A stretch of DNA of 64,000 bases from Alphaproteobacteria bacterium (GTDB taxonomy: Bacteria; Pseudomonadota; Alphaproteobacteria; GCA-2731375): NCBI GenBank assembly GCA_965232515.1, contig CBDDPY010000002.1, positions 6,176,001 through 6,240,000 of the forward strand, read 5' to 3'. Positions within the stretch are counted from its first letter, which is position 1. Each line of letters opens with the position of its first letter. The notes under the pieces were generated by a model that saw only the letters and a program-made list of their open reading frames with translations, was not told the DNA's origin and did not search any database. Of the stretch, positions 36,385 to 47,256 are shown piece by piece. Both the position numbers and the translations under genes were made by a program.

Positions 36385-37242
36385 ATGGCGAACGCCATCA
36401 CCGGCATCGACCACGTCCTGATCGGGGTCGGCGATCTCGAGGCCGCGGCGGAGGCGTGGCGGCGGCTGGGCTTCACCACGGCGCCGCGCGGCGCGCATGT
36501 CGGCCGGCGCACCGGCAACTACTGCATCATGTTCCAGCGCGACTATGTTGAGCTGATCGGCATCGTCACCACGGACGCACCGCCATCGAGCCTGGAAACC
36601 CTGCTGGCCGAGCGCGGCGACGGACTGATCGGCGCGGCCATGGCGACCGAGGGCGCGCATGAGTCCTATCGGCAGATGCGCGAGGCCGGACTCGATCCGA
36701 CACCGGTGGCCGATCTGGTCCGACCGGTCGATCTGCCGGACGGTCCGAGCGAGGCGCGGTTCGCGCTCGTCGAGCTGCCGCCGGACCGGACACCGGATTT
36801 CCGGCTCTTCGTCTGCGATCACCTGACACCGGACGCGGTGCGCCAACCGGCTTGGCTGCGCCATGCCAATGGCGTGACGGGGATTCGCACCATCGCTGCC
36901 GTGGTTGCCGAGCCGGCGCGGCTGGAGCCGGCGCACGCCGCCCTGTTCGGTCCCGGCGCCACAACCATGACCGACGAGACGCTGACAGTCTTCACCGGCA
37001 GCGCCCGGCTGGTCTTCGCCAACGAGGAAGATATGTCGGCGCTCTATCCGGAGTTTGACCTGCCACTCGGCGGTCCAGTGCCGCGCGGGGCTGCCGTCAG
37101 CTTTGCGGTGGCCGATATCAACGCGACGGCAGCCTATCTCGACGGCGCCGGCGTCGCTTACGAGACCGGCCTCGACGGCGCGCTGCAGGTCGCGCCGCAA
37201 TTCGCCAACGGCACGCTGGTGGAGTTCGCGCCGGCGGATTGA
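36385..37242 (+). CDS. VOC/glyoxalase-like protein
   Basis: GIDHVLIGVGDL...LGF...G.H...TGN; HANGVTGI. Confidence 0.82.
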   Translation: MANAITGIDHVLIGVGDLEAAAEAWRRLGFTTAPRGAHVGRRTGNYCIMFQRDYVELIGIVTTDAPPSSLETLLAERGDGLIGAAMATEGAHESYRQMREAGLDPTPVADLVRPVDLPDGPSEARFALVELPPDRTPDFRLFVCDHLTPDAVRQPAWLRHANGVTGIRTIAAVVAEPARLEPAHAALFGPGATTMTDETLTVFTGSARLVFANEEDMSALYPEFDLPLGGPVPRGAAVSFAVADINATAAYLDGAGVAYETGLDGALQVAPQFANGTLVEFAPAD

Positions 37243-37248
37243 GCGTGG

Positions 37249-37728
37249 CTACTTTGCCGTTGCGGCATCCGCGATGCTTTTGAAGATGACGTCCAGTTCC
37301 CGCGCCATTTCGTCGAGGTCGGCGCTGTCGTAGGGGGCGAAGACGGCGCTCGGGGTGCGATAGACCAGGGTCGCCGTGCCGTCGGGGTTCTCGGTGATGT
37401 AGAAGCGCAGCGGCGCCTCGATGCCCGCCGACACGCTGGCGGCCAGCATGCGCACCGCGAAATCGTTGCGATAGACGCCGAATACGGCGTTTCCGGGGAT
37501 GGTCACGCCGCGGCGGGATGCGCCCATGCTGGCGCTGGCGCGGCCGACAAGCCCCATCTTGTTGTCCTTGATCGCCTGCTCCAACCGGTTCCACAGCGTC
37601 TGGAAGCTGTGCGGTGTGGCAATGACGTTGGTGCCGGCATGCGGGTAGTCGGCGGCCCGCGCCGGTGCGTTTGAAGCGATGATGGCGAGACCGGCCAGGA
37701 ATGCCAGAGTGGCGACGACACGGCGCAT
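37249..37728 (-). CDS. DUF302 domain exported protein
   Basis: Signal peptide; AGIEAPLRFYITE...YRTPSAVF. Confidence 0.78.
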   Translation of the reverse strand: MRRVVATLAFLAGLAIIASNAPARAADYPHAGTNVIATPHSFQTLWNRLEQAIKDNKMGLVGRASASMGASRRGVTIPGNAVFGVYRNDFAVRMLAASVSAGIEAPLRFYITENPDGTATLVYRTPSAVFAPYDSADLDEMARELDVIFKSIADAATAK

Positions 37729-37833
37729 GTGGCTACCTCGGATGTGATTAGCACATCGCCCGACTGTAGCGGAGACGGGCCGGCGCTTGGCCGGCCCTCA
37801 CCATCATTTGACCGCCGGTCCGGCCGGCTGACG

Positions 37834-38505
37834 TCAACTCAGATTGGCGGCGTAGAGGGCCATCGTGCGTTCGCGGGCGGTCTTGGCGGCGGCTTCGTTG
37901 TAGCTGCCGCGGTGATCGCAGTTGAAGCCGTGGTCGGCGTCATAGATGTGGACAACAGCCTCCGGATGCGCGGCCTTGATGGCGTCGACGTCGCTGAGCG
38001 GGATGCCTTTGTCATGCTCGCCGAAATGCATCAGCAGCGGGCAATTCTCCTTCTCGTCCACGTAGGGAAGGATCTGGCCGCCGTAGTAGACGACGGCCGC
38101 CTGCACGTCGAGCCGGCAGCCGGCGAGATAAGAGATCGTGCCGCCCCAGCAATAGCCCGTCGTGCCGACCTTCAGGCCTTCGGCCTTCAGCACGTCGACG
38201 GCGGCCTTGACGTCCAGCACCGTGTCGTCCCAGGAGAATTCCTCGCGCAGGTCGCGGCCGATGGCGATGTCGTCGCCCTCGTAGCCGAGCTGAACGCCCT
38301 TTTTCGACGACCGGTCGTAGAGCGCAGGCGCGATGGCGATATAGCCGTCGGCCGCGAAGCCGTCCGCGACCTCGCGGATATGCTTGTTGACGCCGAAGAT
38401 CTCCTGCAGCACGACGATGCCGCCTTTCGGCGTGCCCGCCGGATCGGCTCGGTAGGCGCCGAGCGTGTGGCCGTCATCGGCGGTTAGTGTGAGGTCCTGT
38501 CCCAT
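37834..38505 (-). CDS. Dienelactone hydrolase family protein
   Basis: QEIFGVN, GYCWGG, HFGEHD, ADHGFNCD. Confidence 0.92.
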   Translation of the reverse strand: MGQDLTLTADDGHTLGAYRADPAGTPKGGIVVLQEIFGVNKHIREVADGFAADGYIAIAPALYDRSSKKGVQLGYEGDDIAIGRDLREEFSWDDTVLDVKAAVDVLKAEGLKVGTTGYCWGGTISYLAGCRLDVQAAVVYYGGQILPYVDEKENCPLLMHFGEHDKGIPLSDVDAIKAAHPEAVVHIYDADHGFNCDHRGSYNEAAAKTARERTMALYAANLS

Positions 38506-38528
38506 TTTCTCCCTCCGTTTTTTCAGTT

Positions 38529-39122
38529 TCAGTTGCCGCTGTAGCTGATCCGTTCCTCAAGCAGTTGCTGCAGATCGGCCTGCTTGATGGCGAGCATCGA
38601 AATCGGGATCTGAACGGTCGGCAGCCCCTGCATCTGGCCGCGGAAATGTGCCGCGCCGCGGTTGAAGCCACCGGCGGTGAAGCGTTTCAGGCGTTGCTGA
38701 AGCTCGAGGTCGTTGTCCGTGTTGACGGCGACCAGCAACTGTTTGCGAAACGCGGTCGGCCGCGCGAAGCCCATGCCCATGACCCGGTCCCAGGGGATCA
38801 GGCCGATCGCAGGCCGGCGGCAGCGGATGCCGTCCTCACCGATGGTCAGCACCGGCTTGCGGTCGAAGCCCAGGTAGATCAGCGTCGCCGCGGTGACGAG
38901 ACCGACGAGAAACACGCCGATATCGACGCCCATGCCGTTGCTTTCCGTGATGCTGACGCCGCGACGCATCGCGTCGAGCGCGGCGAGCGAAATCAGCAGG
39001 CAGGGCAGCGCCATGCCGACATACTTGCCCTTCGAGGCCATGATCTCGATGGGCTGGACCCGGTCTCCGGGATCTGCCGGCATAGCCGGTGCGTCATCCG
39101 CCGCGCGGTCGCCGCTGCTCAT
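38529..39122 (-). CDS. Hypothetical 2-TM membrane protein
   Basis: ATG at 39122 overlaps the upstream stop; two TM helices, then KPVLTIGEDGI...IPWDRV. Confidence 0.65.
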   Translation of the reverse strand: MSSGDRAADDAPAMPADPGDRVQPIEIMASKGKYVGMALPCLLISLAALDAMRRGVSITESNGMGVDIGVFLVGLVTAATLIYLGFDRKPVLTIGEDGIRCRRPAIGLIPWDRVMGMGFARPTAFRKQLLVAVNTDNDLELQQRLKRFTAGGFNRGAAHFRGQMQGLPTVQIPISMLAIKQADLQQLLEERISYSGN

Positions 39123-39616
39123 CCGTCGGCCGTCGTTGCCGGTCGACGGCGGTAGAAGGCGATGTTGGTGATCGTCATGACGGTCTCGCCGGCCTGGTTC
39201 AGCACCGTGTTGGCGATCTTTATGATGCCCCGGTCCGGCTTGCTTTTGGATTCGATTTTCTCGGCCACGACGGAACGCACCGACAGCACGTCGCCAGGGC
39301 GCACCGGGCGCAGCCACTTCAGGTTTTCGAAACCGGGCGAGGCCAGCACGGCCGTGCGCGGCAGGCCGTCGTCGCAGACCATGCGCATCATCATGCCGCA
39401 GGTATGCCAACCGCTGGCGATCAGGCCGCCGAACATGGTCTGCGGCGCGGCTTCTTTGTCGATGTGAAACGGTTGCGGATCGAACTGCCGGCCGAACTCG
39501 ATGACCTCTTCCTCGGTCACCGCATAGGCGCCGAATTCGCGTGTCTGGCCGATCTCGAAGTCCTCGAAATAGACCGGCTTGCCGGTGGTTGCTTTGGGCG
39601 AAGTGGCGTCGTTCAT
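39119..39616 (-). CDS. MaoC-family dehydratase
   Basis: YFEDFEIG, FDPQPFH, GGLIASGWHT, PVRPGD. Confidence 0.9.
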   Translation of the reverse strand: MNDATSPKATTGKPVYFEDFEIGQTREFGAYAVTEEEVIEFGRQFDPQPFHIDKEAAPQTMFGGLIASGWHTCGMMMRMVCDDGLPRTAVLASPGFENLKWLRPVRPGDVLSVRSVVAEKIESKSKPDRGIIKIANTVLNQAGETVMTITNIAFYRRRPATTADG

Positions 39617-40065
39617 GCCGCCGCCTCCGGCCGCCGCGCGATCATGCCCAGGCCGACGGTCGTCATCACGACCTCGCCGTTCTGGTTTATGAGATCGGTA
39701 CGACTGCGCACGAACCCCATGGGCTTACTTTTCGACGGCCAGATCTCCAGCACTTCCTGCCGGCCGGTCAGCGTATCGCCCGGGCGCACTGGGATCAGCC
39801 AGCGGCAGGATTCGACGCCGGGCGAGCCGAGGGCGGCGACGGACTCGGTCTTGAACCGCTCGACCAGCATACTGATCATCAGGGCGTTGGTATGCCAGCC
39901 GCTGGCCGCCAGACCGCCGAACGAGGTCTGTTTGGCGGCCTCCGGATCGGTGTGAAAGACCTGCGGGTCATACTTTTTGGCGAAGGCGATGATGTCGGCC
40001 TCGTTGACGTGCCGGGCCGCCAGTTCGGCGACGTCGCCGACCTTGATGTCCTCGAAATACTTCAT
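39613..40065 (-). CDS. MaoC-family dehydratase
   Basis: YFEDIKVG, YDPQVFH, GGLAASGWHT, PVRPGD. Confidence 0.9.
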   Translation of the reverse strand: MKYFEDIKVGDVAELAARHVNEADIIAFAKKYDPQVFHTDPEAAKQTSFGGLAASGWHTNALMISMLVERFKTESVAALGSPGVESCRWLIPVRPGDTLTGRQEVLEIWPSKSKPMGFVRSRTDLINQNGEVVMTTVGLGMIARRPEAAA

Positions 40066-40160
40066 GATTGGTGTGCTGCGAACTGTCCCCGGTGCGATAC
40101 GGCGCGTAACATAGCTATTCTATTCGATCATGCCTACAGACAGGGAGGCCGTGCCGGCCG

Positions 40161-40535
40161 ATGCTGAAGTTGACCTTTTGCCTGCGCCGCAAGCCGGGCC
40201 TGAGCCGGGAGGAATTCCAGCGCTATTGGCGCGAGAACCATGGGCCGCTGATGCGCAAAAACATGGCCGCCATGGGGGTACGCAAGTATGTCCAGCAGCG
40301 CACGCTGGACGGCGAGGCGGCGGATTTCATCGCCAACAGCCGCGGCGGGCCGGAGCCCTATGACGGCGTCGCCGAGGTCTGGTGGGACGATCTGGCGGCC
40401 TTTCAGGCGGCGACGGGCTCGGCCGACGGTCGCGCGGCCGGCAAGGAAATGTACAAGGACGAGCTGAACTTCATCGATCTGGCGAACTCGCCCTGCTTCC
40501 TGACCGAAGAGCAGTTCGTCGCCGAGGACAACTGA
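40161..40535 (+). CDS. EthD-domain protein
   Basis: RRKPGLSREEFQRYWRENHGPL, YDGVAEVWWD, DELNFID. Confidence 0.88.
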   Translation: MLKLTFCLRRKPGLSREEFQRYWRENHGPLMRKNMAAMGVRKYVQQRTLDGEAADFIANSRGGPEPYDGVAEVWWDDLAAFQAATGSADGRAAGKEMYKDELNFIDLANSPCFLTEEQFVAEDN

Positions 40536-40545
40536 GGCCGCGGGA

Positions 40546-41274
40546 ATGGCGGCGAGCCTCGACTTCAGCGGCCGGACGGTGCTGGTGACCGGCGGCTCCA
40601 GCGGTATCGGCAATGGCATTGCCCGTGCATTCCGCGATGCCGGCGCCAACGTGACCGTTACCGGCACCCGCGCGCAATCGGCGTACCAGGCCGATCTTTC
40701 CGGCATGGCGTACCGTCAGCTCGACGTCGCCGACGATACGGCCGTCGAGGCGCTGGAAGCCGACGTGCCGGCGCTGGACGTCCTGGTGAACAATGCCGGC
40801 ACGGTTGTCTACCGCGGCCGCGAGTTCGAGCCCGAAACCTTTCGCAAGGTGCTGGACGTGAACCTGACCGGCGCGTTGCATCTGGCGAACCGGTTCCACG
40901 ACAAGCTGCGCTACAGCCATGGCTCCGTCGTCAATATCGCGTCGCTGACCAGCTTCTTCGGCTCGCGCGGCAATCCGGCTTATGGCGCCAGTAAAGCCGC
41001 GATCGTGCAGCTTACCAAGTCGCTGGCCGTGGCTTGGGCGCCGGACGGCATCCGGGTCAACGCCATCGCGCCGGGCTGGGTCGAGACCAGCATGACGCAG
41101 CGGATTAAGGAGAACGCGTCCCTCGACGCGGCGATCCTGGCCCGCTCGCCCATGGGCCGCTGGGGCACGCCCGAGGATATCGCCGGTGTCGCCCTGTTCC
41201 TGGCCTCCGAGCTCGCCGGCTTCGTCACCGGCGAGACTATCGTTGCCGACGGCGGCTATTCCGTCAGCGTTTGA
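40546..41274 (+). CDS. Short-chain dehydrogenase/reductase
   Basis: TGGSSGIG, NNAG, YGASK, IRVNAIAPG. Confidence 0.92.
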   Translation: MAASLDFSGRTVLVTGGSSGIGNGIARAFRDAGANVTVTGTRAQSAYQADLSGMAYRQLDVADDTAVEALEADVPALDVLVNNAGTVVYRGREFEPETFRKVLDVNLTGALHLANRFHDKLRYSHGSVVNIASLTSFFGSRGNPAYGASKAAIVQLTKSLAVAWAPDGIRVNAIAPGWVETSMTQRIKENASLDAAILARSPMGRWGTPEDIAGVALFLASELAGFVTGETIVADGGYSVSV

Positions 41275-41291
41275 GGGACGGTTGTAGACCG

Positions 41292-42392
41292 CTAGACGTT
41301 AAAACGGAACAGGATGACGTCGCCGTCCTTGACGACGTAGTCCTTGCCTTCCTGCCGCATCTTGCCGGCATCCTTGGCGCCCTGCTCGCCGCCGGTCGAG
41401 ACGTAGTCGTCGTGGGCGATGGTCTCGGCGCAGATGAAGCCGCGCTGGAAATCGGTGTGGATGCGGCCGGCGGCCTGCGGCGCGGTGGCGCCCTCGGGCA
41501 CCGTCCAGGCGCGGGCTTCCTTCGGCCCGGCGGTGAAGAAGGTGATCAGGTTCAAGAGCGCATAGCCGGCCCGGATCAGCCGGTCGAGGCCGGTTTCTTC
41601 CAGGCCCAGCTCCGCGAGAAAAGCCTGCTTCTCTTCCAGATCGTCGAGCTGGGCGACCTCGGCCTCGATCTTGGCCGAGACGACGATCGCGCCGGCGCCC
41701 TGCCGGGCCGCCATCTCGGCGACTTCGGCCGACAGCGCGTTGCCCTCGGCGGCCGACGCTTCGTCGACGTTGCAGACATAGAGCACCGGCTTGGCGGTCA
41801 GGAGTTGCAGTTGTTTGAAGACAGATGCCAGCTCGGCCGCGACCGGCACGGTACGGGCCGGCTTGCCCTCGCGCAGGGCCGCCAGCACGGCTTCGACCAG
41901 TACCAGCTGTTGCCTGGCGTCCTTGTCATTGCCGCGAATGCGCTTGTTCAGCGGCTCGATGCGCCTTTCCAGGCTTTCGAGATCGGCCAGCATCAACTCG
42001 GTCTCGATGGTCTCGGCGTCGGCCAGCGGATCGACCCGGCCATCGACATGGGTGACGTTCTCGTCCTCGAAGCAACGCAGCACCTGGACGATGGCGTCGA
42101 CCTCGCGGATGTGGGCCAGAAACTGGTTGCCCAGGCCTTCACCCTGGCTGGCGCCCCGAACCAGCCCGGCGATATCGACGAAGTCCATGGTGGTGGGCAC
42201 CACCTTGGCGGATTTGGCGAGTTCCGCCAGCCGGTCCAGTCGCGGATCCGGGATTGCCACTTGGCCGACATTCGGCTCGATGGTGCAGAACGGATAGTTC
42301 TCGGCCGCGGCCGAGGCGGTGCTTGTCAGGGCATTGAACAGGGTCGACTTGCCGACATTCGGCAGGCCGACGATGCCGCATTTGAAACCCAT
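41292..42392 (-). CDS. ychF: Ribosome-binding ATPase YchF
   Basis: MGFKCGIVGLPNVGKSTLFNALT, NYPFCTIEPN, DIAGLV, IHTDF, FRFNV. Confidence 0.98.
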   Translation of the reverse strand: MGFKCGIVGLPNVGKSTLFNALTSTASAAAENYPFCTIEPNVGQVAIPDPRLDRLAELAKSAKVVPTTMDFVDIAGLVRGASQGEGLGNQFLAHIREVDAIVQVLRCFEDENVTHVDGRVDPLADAETIETELMLADLESLERRIEPLNKRIRGNDKDARQQLVLVEAVLAALREGKPARTVPVAAELASVFKQLQLLTAKPVLYVCNVDEASAAEGNALSAEVAEMAARQGAGAIVVSAKIEAEVAQLDDLEEKQAFLAELGLEETGLDRLIRAGYALLNLITFFTAGPKEARAWTVPEGATAPQAAGRIHTDFQRGFICAETIAHDDYVSTGGEQGAKDAGKMRQEGKDYVVKDGDVILFRFNV

Positions 42393-42529
42393 GGGCGGCG
42401 AACTCCGGATCAGGCGGATAGCTACGGGCGGGCTTGGTAGCGCCAAGCGCCGGCTTTGTCCAGCCCATCAGCATTGACGGGCTGGTAACCACTTTCGCCG
42501 ATCATGCCGGCCCGCGTCCGGAGACCGTC

Positions 42530-44734
42530 ATGTTGCCGATTTTCGCCGGCACGCTGTGCCTGAGCGCCCTTCTGCTGTTCTGGCTTCAGCCGATGTTCAC
42601 GAAGATGGTGCTGCCGCTGCTGGGCGGTTCGCCGGCTGTCTGGAATACCGCCATGGTGTTCTTTCAGGCGGCTCTGCTGGCCGGCTACAGCTATTCGCAT
42701 CTGACCACGCGCTGGCTGGGGCTGCGGCGGCAGAGCCTGCTGCATCTGCTGATTCTGCTGACCGCCCTGCCGTTTCTGCCGATTGCGGTGATGGCGGGCT
42801 GGTCGCCGCCGCGGGACGCCATGCCGCTCGCCTGGCTGATCGGCCTGTTCACGGTCTCGGTCGGCCTGCCGTTCTTCGCCGTGGCCACGACGGCGCCGCT
42901 ACTGCAGAAGTGGTTCGCGCATATCGGGCACCGGGACTCGACCAATCCCTATTTCCTGTATGCGGCCAGCAACATCGGCAGCATCTTCGCGTTGCTGGGT
43001 TATCCGGTCCTGCTGGAACCGTTCGTGACCCTGACCGGGCAGGGCATGCTGTGGGCCTTCGGCTACGGCCTGCTGGTCGTTCTGATCGGGGTCTGCGTCT
43101 TTCTTCTGCGACGCAACTTCACCGAGCAGGCGGCGGATGCCAAGCCGGCGGCCGCCGCCGAGGCGCGGTCGGCGCCGCCCGACTGGCGACGCCGATTGCA
43201 CTGGATGATCCTGGCGTTTGCGCCGTCGAGTCTGCTGTTGGGCGCAACCAGCCATATCAGCACCGATGTTGCCGCGGCGCCGTTTCTGTGGGTCGTACCG
43301 CTGGCGCTCTACCTGCTGACGCACGTGATCGTGTTCTCGCGGCGGCCGATCCTCAAGCACAGCTGGATGATCAAGGCGCAGCCCCTGTTCGTGCTGCTGG
43401 TCGCGATCACCTTTTTCTGGCCGACCTTTTCGCTCGGCATGGTCATGACAATGCACCTGGCGGCCTTCTTCGTGACCGCCATGGTCTGCCATGGCGAACT
43501 GGCGCGCCTGCGTCCGGCGACCAGCCATCTGACCGAGTTCTATCTGGTGATGTCGCTGGGCGGCGTTCTGGGCGGCGCCTTCAACGGCCTGCTGGCGCCG
43601 GTGCTGTTCGATTCCGTCGTCGAGTACCCACTGATGATCGTCTTGGCCTGCATGCTGCGTCCGGCGGCGGACGGCGCGGCGCCTCGCTGGCGGGCCTACG
43701 ATCTGATCTGGCCATTGGCGCTCTGCATCGTGATGCTGATTTACCGGCGCTGGTTCGAGGCCATCGACACCACGCTGGCGATCGTGCTCTGGACCGGCTT
43801 CTACGTGATCGCCAGCCTGGTCGCCTACAGCTTCAACACCCGACCCTACCGCTTCGGTCTGGGCGTGTCCGCCATTCTGCTGTCCGGCGCCGTTGTCAGC
43901 GCCGCCAACTCGAACGTGCTGCTGCGCGAACGCAGCTTCTTCGGCGTCCATCAGGTGCTGCTCGACAAATCCGGCACCTACAATGTTCTGAAACACGGCA
44001 CCACCATGCACGGCGCGCAGTTCCGCGACCCGTCGCGCCGGCGCGAGGCGGTGAGCTATTACCACCGCGCCGGCCCGCTCGGCCAGGCGATGGCGGCGTT
44101 CGCCGACGGCCCGCCCAAGCGGACCGCCGTGATCGGCTTGGGTACCGGCGCGCTGGCCTGTTATCGCAGACCGGGCGAAAAATGGACCTTCTACGAAATC
44201 GATCCGGTGGTGGCGTCGATCGCGCGCGACACGCCTTACTTCACCTATATGTCCGACTGCGCCGACAACACGCCGGTGGTACTTGGCGACGGACGCATCA
44301 CGCTCGCCCAGGCCGACGACGGCAGCTATGACCGGATTATCATCGACGCCTTTTCTTCCGACTCGATCCCGGCGCATCTGCTGACCCGGGAAGCGCTTGC
44401 GCTTTACCTCGAAAAGCTGTCGGTCGGCGGCGTGATCCTGGCGCATATCTCAAACCGCTACCTGAATCTCGAGCCGGTGCTGGCCAACCTGGCCGCCGAC
44501 GCCGGCATCCATGGTTTCAGTCAGACGCAGCTGGCCGAAGCAGGGGGCGATGAGCGGGTGCTGCGGTCGGGCGGCTCCTGGGTCGTATTGGCCCGCTCGC
44601 CCGATACCTTGGCGGCGCTTGCCGACCGGCCGGACTGGCACGCGCTGGAACGGCAGCCGCGCTTCGGCGTCTGGACCGACGATTTCACCAACATCATCAG
44701 CGTTCTGGTCTGGTGGCGCGGCGATCGCGATTAG
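42530..44734 (+). CDS. Fused membrane domain/spermidine-synthase-like methyltransferase
   Basis: Multi-TM N-terminus (QPMFTKMVLPLLGGSPAVW, VCHGEL); C-terminal IGLGTG, YEIDP, GDGR, DAFSSDSIP.HLLT.EA. Confidence 0.87.
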   Translation: MLPIFAGTLCLSALLLFWLQPMFTKMVLPLLGGSPAVWNTAMVFFQAALLAGYSYSHLTTRWLGLRRQSLLHLLILLTALPFLPIAVMAGWSPPRDAMPLAWLIGLFTVSVGLPFFAVATTAPLLQKWFAHIGHRDSTNPYFLYAASNIGSIFALLGYPVLLEPFVTLTGQGMLWAFGYGLLVVLIGVCVFLLRRNFTEQAADAKPAAAAEARSAPPDWRRRLHWMILAFAPSSLLLGATSHISTDVAAAPFLWVVPLALYLLTHVIVFSRRPILKHSWMIKAQPLFVLLVAITFFWPTFSLGMVMTMHLAAFFVTAMVCHGELARLRPATSHLTEFYLVMSLGGVLGGAFNGLLAPVLFDSVVEYPLMIVLACMLRPAADGAAPRWRAYDLIWPLALCIVMLIYRRWFEAIDTTLAIVLWTGFYVIASLVAYSFNTRPYRFGLGVSAILLSGAVVSAANSNVLLRERSFFGVHQVLLDKSGTYNVLKHGTTMHGAQFRDPSRRREAVSYYHRAGPLGQAMAAFADGPPKRTAVIGLGTGALACYRRPGEKWTFYEIDPVVASIARDTPYFTYMSDCADNTPVVLGDGRITLAQADDGSYDRIIIDAFSSDSIPAHLLTREALALYLEKLSVGGVILAHISNRYLNLEPVLANLAADAGIHGFSQTQLAEAGGDERVLRSGGSWVVLARSPDTLAALADRPDWHALERQPRFGVWTDDFTNIISVLVWWRGDRD

Positions 44735-44753
44735 CCGCCGGCAGCCGGGGACA

Positions 44754-45374
44754 TCAGGCCGGACGATCCTGATCTGACGTCGGTTTTTCCGGCGGCTTTG
44801 GCGGTGGCAGACGGCGCAGCAACGCGACCTTCGTGGCAAATCCCGGATCGTCGCCGGCGGCCAGCAGCGGCGCCGCGTCGGCCATGGCGTCAATCAGGTC
44901 CTCGACCCATTCCGCATCCGACTTGGCGAAATCCGACAACGTGTACTTCGCCACCTTATGCTTGCCGCCGGGATGCCCGACGCCAAGCCGCACACGGCGA
45001 TAGTCGTTGCCGATATGCCGGTCGAGGCTGCGGATGCCGTTGTGGCCAGCGCTGCCGCCGCCGCTTTTGACCCGGATCTTGCCAGGGGCAAGGTCAACCT
45101 CGTCATGGAAGACGATGACCTCGTCCGTCGACAGCTTGTAGAAGCGCATCGCCTCGCCAACCGAACGGCCGGACTCGTTCATGTAGGTCGTGGGCTTCAG
45201 CACCATGACCCGCTCGCCGTCGAGGCGGCCTTCCGAGGTCAGGCCCTGAAAGCGTTTGCGCGGGCTCGAAAAGTTATGGCGGCGGACGATCTCATCCACC
45301 GCCATGTAGCCGAAATTATGCCGGTTGTGGGCATGCTCGGGCCCGGGATTGCCGAGCCCGACAAACAGCAGCAA
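44754..45374 (-). CDS. pth: Peptidyl-tRNA hydrolase
   Basis: [30 protein letters not shown]. Confidence 0.96.
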   Translation of the reverse strand: MLLFVGLGNPGPEHAHNRHNFGYMAVDEIVRRHNFSSPRKRFQGLTSEGRLDGERVMVLKPTTYMNESGRSVGEAMRFYKLSTDEVIVFHDEVDLAPGKIRVKSGGGSAGHNGIRSLDRHIGNDYRRVRLGVGHPGGKHKVAKYTLSDFAKSDAEWVEDLIDAMADAAPLLAAGDDPGFATKVALLRRLPPPKPPEKPTSDQDRPA

Positions 45375-45383
45375 AGCGATTGC

Positions 45384-46061
45384 CTATTCGGTTGACTCGT
45401 CGTCGCCGCCTTCCGCCGGGGCTTCCTCGCCCGCGGCCTCGGCCGGCGCTTCTTCCATGCCTTCCTCGCCCTCGGCCGGCGCTTCTTCCTCCTGGACCGT
45501 CGGCGCGGCGATGGTGGCGATGGTGAAGTCGCGATCGGTAATCGTCGGCTCGACGCCGTCCGGCAGCTTCACGGCGCTGATATGCACGCTGTCGCCAATA
45601 TCGGTGCCGGCGAGATCCACCTCGATCCGCTCAGGAATGGCGTCGGCACGGCAGCTCACTTCGATCTCGTAGCGAACCACGTTCAGCACGCCGCCGCGCT
45701 TCAGGCCGTCGGATTCCTCTTCGTTAACGAACTGCACCGGGACCTCGATGGTGACCCGCGCATCGGCCGACAGCCGCAGAAAGTCAACGTGCAGCGGCAC
45801 GTCGGTGACGGGATGGCGCTGCACGTCGCGGGGCAGCACCTTCTGACGCCGGTCGTCCAGCTTCAACTCGTAGAGGGTGCTGAAAAAGGCGCCGGAATTC
45901 AGCTCGCGCTCGAGCGTTCGGCGGCTCAGCGAAATGGCCGCGGACGGCTTTTTGTCGCCGTAGACCACGCCCGGCACCATGCCGGCCCGCCGCGCTGCTC
46001 GGGCCGGCCCCTTGCCGGTGCCCTCGCGCGCCTCAACGACGATCTCGTTGGCTTCTTCCAT
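45384..46061 (-). CDS. rplY: 50S ribosomal protein L25 / Ctc
   Basis: GKGPARAARR...VPGVVYG, QRHPV...HVDFLR, acidic tail. Confidence 0.95.
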   Translation of the reverse strand: MEEANEIVVEAREGTGKGPARAARRAGMVPGVVYGDKKPSAAISLSRRTLERELNSGAFFSTLYELKLDDRRQKVLPRDVQRHPVTDVPLHVDFLRLSADARVTIEVPVQFVNEEESDGLKRGGVLNVVRYEIEVSCRADAIPERIEVDLAGTDIGDSVHISAVKLPDGVEPTITDRDFTIATIAAPTVQEEEAPAEGEEGMEEAPAEAAGEEAPAEGGDDESTE

Positions 46062-46236
46062 CGTTCAATCCTCTCGCCATCGACGGTCCCAGGCAGCCGG
46101 CCATCGCCGCGCCCGCGAGATCGATGAATATCTCGGAAAATCCGGCGTTGATATACGCGTGCCGGCGGCAAAACTCAATCAATTTCGGACCTCGGAAGGC
46201 CCCGAAAACATGGTTAACGGGAACTTGGCGGCGATC

Positions 46237-47169
46237 CTAGTCGAACAGGCTGGATACCGACGATTCTTCGCTGATCCGGCGGATTGCCTCGCCAATCAAG
46301 GGGGCGATGGTGACGCAACGCAGATTGCCGGAGTTCTTCATCGCTTCGGTGGACTGGATGCTGTCGGTGACGGTCAACGCCTGCAGCGCCGAAGCGTTGA
46401 CCCGGGCGACCGCGCCGCCGCTCAGCACGCCGTGCGTCACATAGGCCGAAACTTCCTTTGCGCCTTCGGCGATCAGCGCGTCGGCGGCGTTGCAAAGCGT
46501 GCCGGCGGAATCGACGATATCGTCGAACAGTATGCAGCTTCGTCCCTTGACGTCGCCGATGATGTGCATGACTTCCGAGACGCCGGCCCGCTCGCGCCGT
46601 TTGTCGACAATCGCAAGATCGGCGTCGATCCGCTTGGCCAACGCCCGGGCCCGGACGACGCCGCCGACATCCGGCGAGACGATGATCGGCCGCTCGCCGT
46701 TCAGGCGTTCCTGAAGGTCGCGGGTGAATACCGGCGCGGAGAACAGATTGTCGGTCGGAATGTCGAAAAAGCCCTGGATCTGGCCCGCGTGCAGGTCCAT
46801 CGTCAACACCCGGTTGGCGCCGGCCGTCACGATCAGATTGGCCACCAGCTTGGCTGAGATCGGCGTCCGCGGCCCGGGCTTACGGTCCTGCCGGGCATAG
46901 CCGAAATAGGGCAGCACCGCCGTTATCCGGCGCGCCGATGCGCGTTTCAGCGCATCGATGCAGACCAACAACTCCATCAGATTGTCGTTCGCCGAATAGG
47001 ACGTCGACTGGATCACGAAAACGTCCTCGCCGCGAACGTTTTCGTGGATTTCGACGAACACCTCCATGTCGGAGAAACGCTTCACATCGGCGTCGGTCAA
47101 TGTCACGCCGAGATAGCCTGCGATGGCTTCGGCCAGGGGTCGGTTGCTGTTCCCGCTCAGCAACTTCAT
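46237..47169 (-). CDS. prs: Ribose-phosphate pyrophosphokinase
   Basis: [42 protein letters not shown] at 47169. Confidence 0.97.
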   Translation of the reverse strand: MKLLSGNSNRPLAEAIAGYLGVTLTDADVKRFSDMEVFVEIHENVRGEDVFVIQSTSYSANDNLMELLVCIDALKRASARRITAVLPYFGYARQDRKPGPRTPISAKLVANLIVTAGANRVLTMDLHAGQIQGFFDIPTDNLFSAPVFTRDLQERLNGERPIIVSPDVGGVVRARALAKRIDADLAIVDKRRERAGVSEVMHIIGDVKGRSCILFDDIVDSAGTLCNAADALIAEGAKEVSAYVTHGVLSGGAVARVNASALQALTVTDSIQSTEAMKNSGNLRCVTIAPLIGEAIRRISEESSVSSLFD

Positions 47170-47256
47170 GCTTCGGATCCTCGTTCCGGTAGGTTTCGTC
47201 TGTTCTGTCCGATCATGGCGCCGGCCAACCGCTCCCAAGCGGATTGCGCCGGACTC

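Noticed and set aside
42556-44446. 591-aa and 515-aa ORFs overlapping the spermidine-synthase-like gene
   Set aside because: Alternative-frame and antisense shadows with R/A/G-rich composition.
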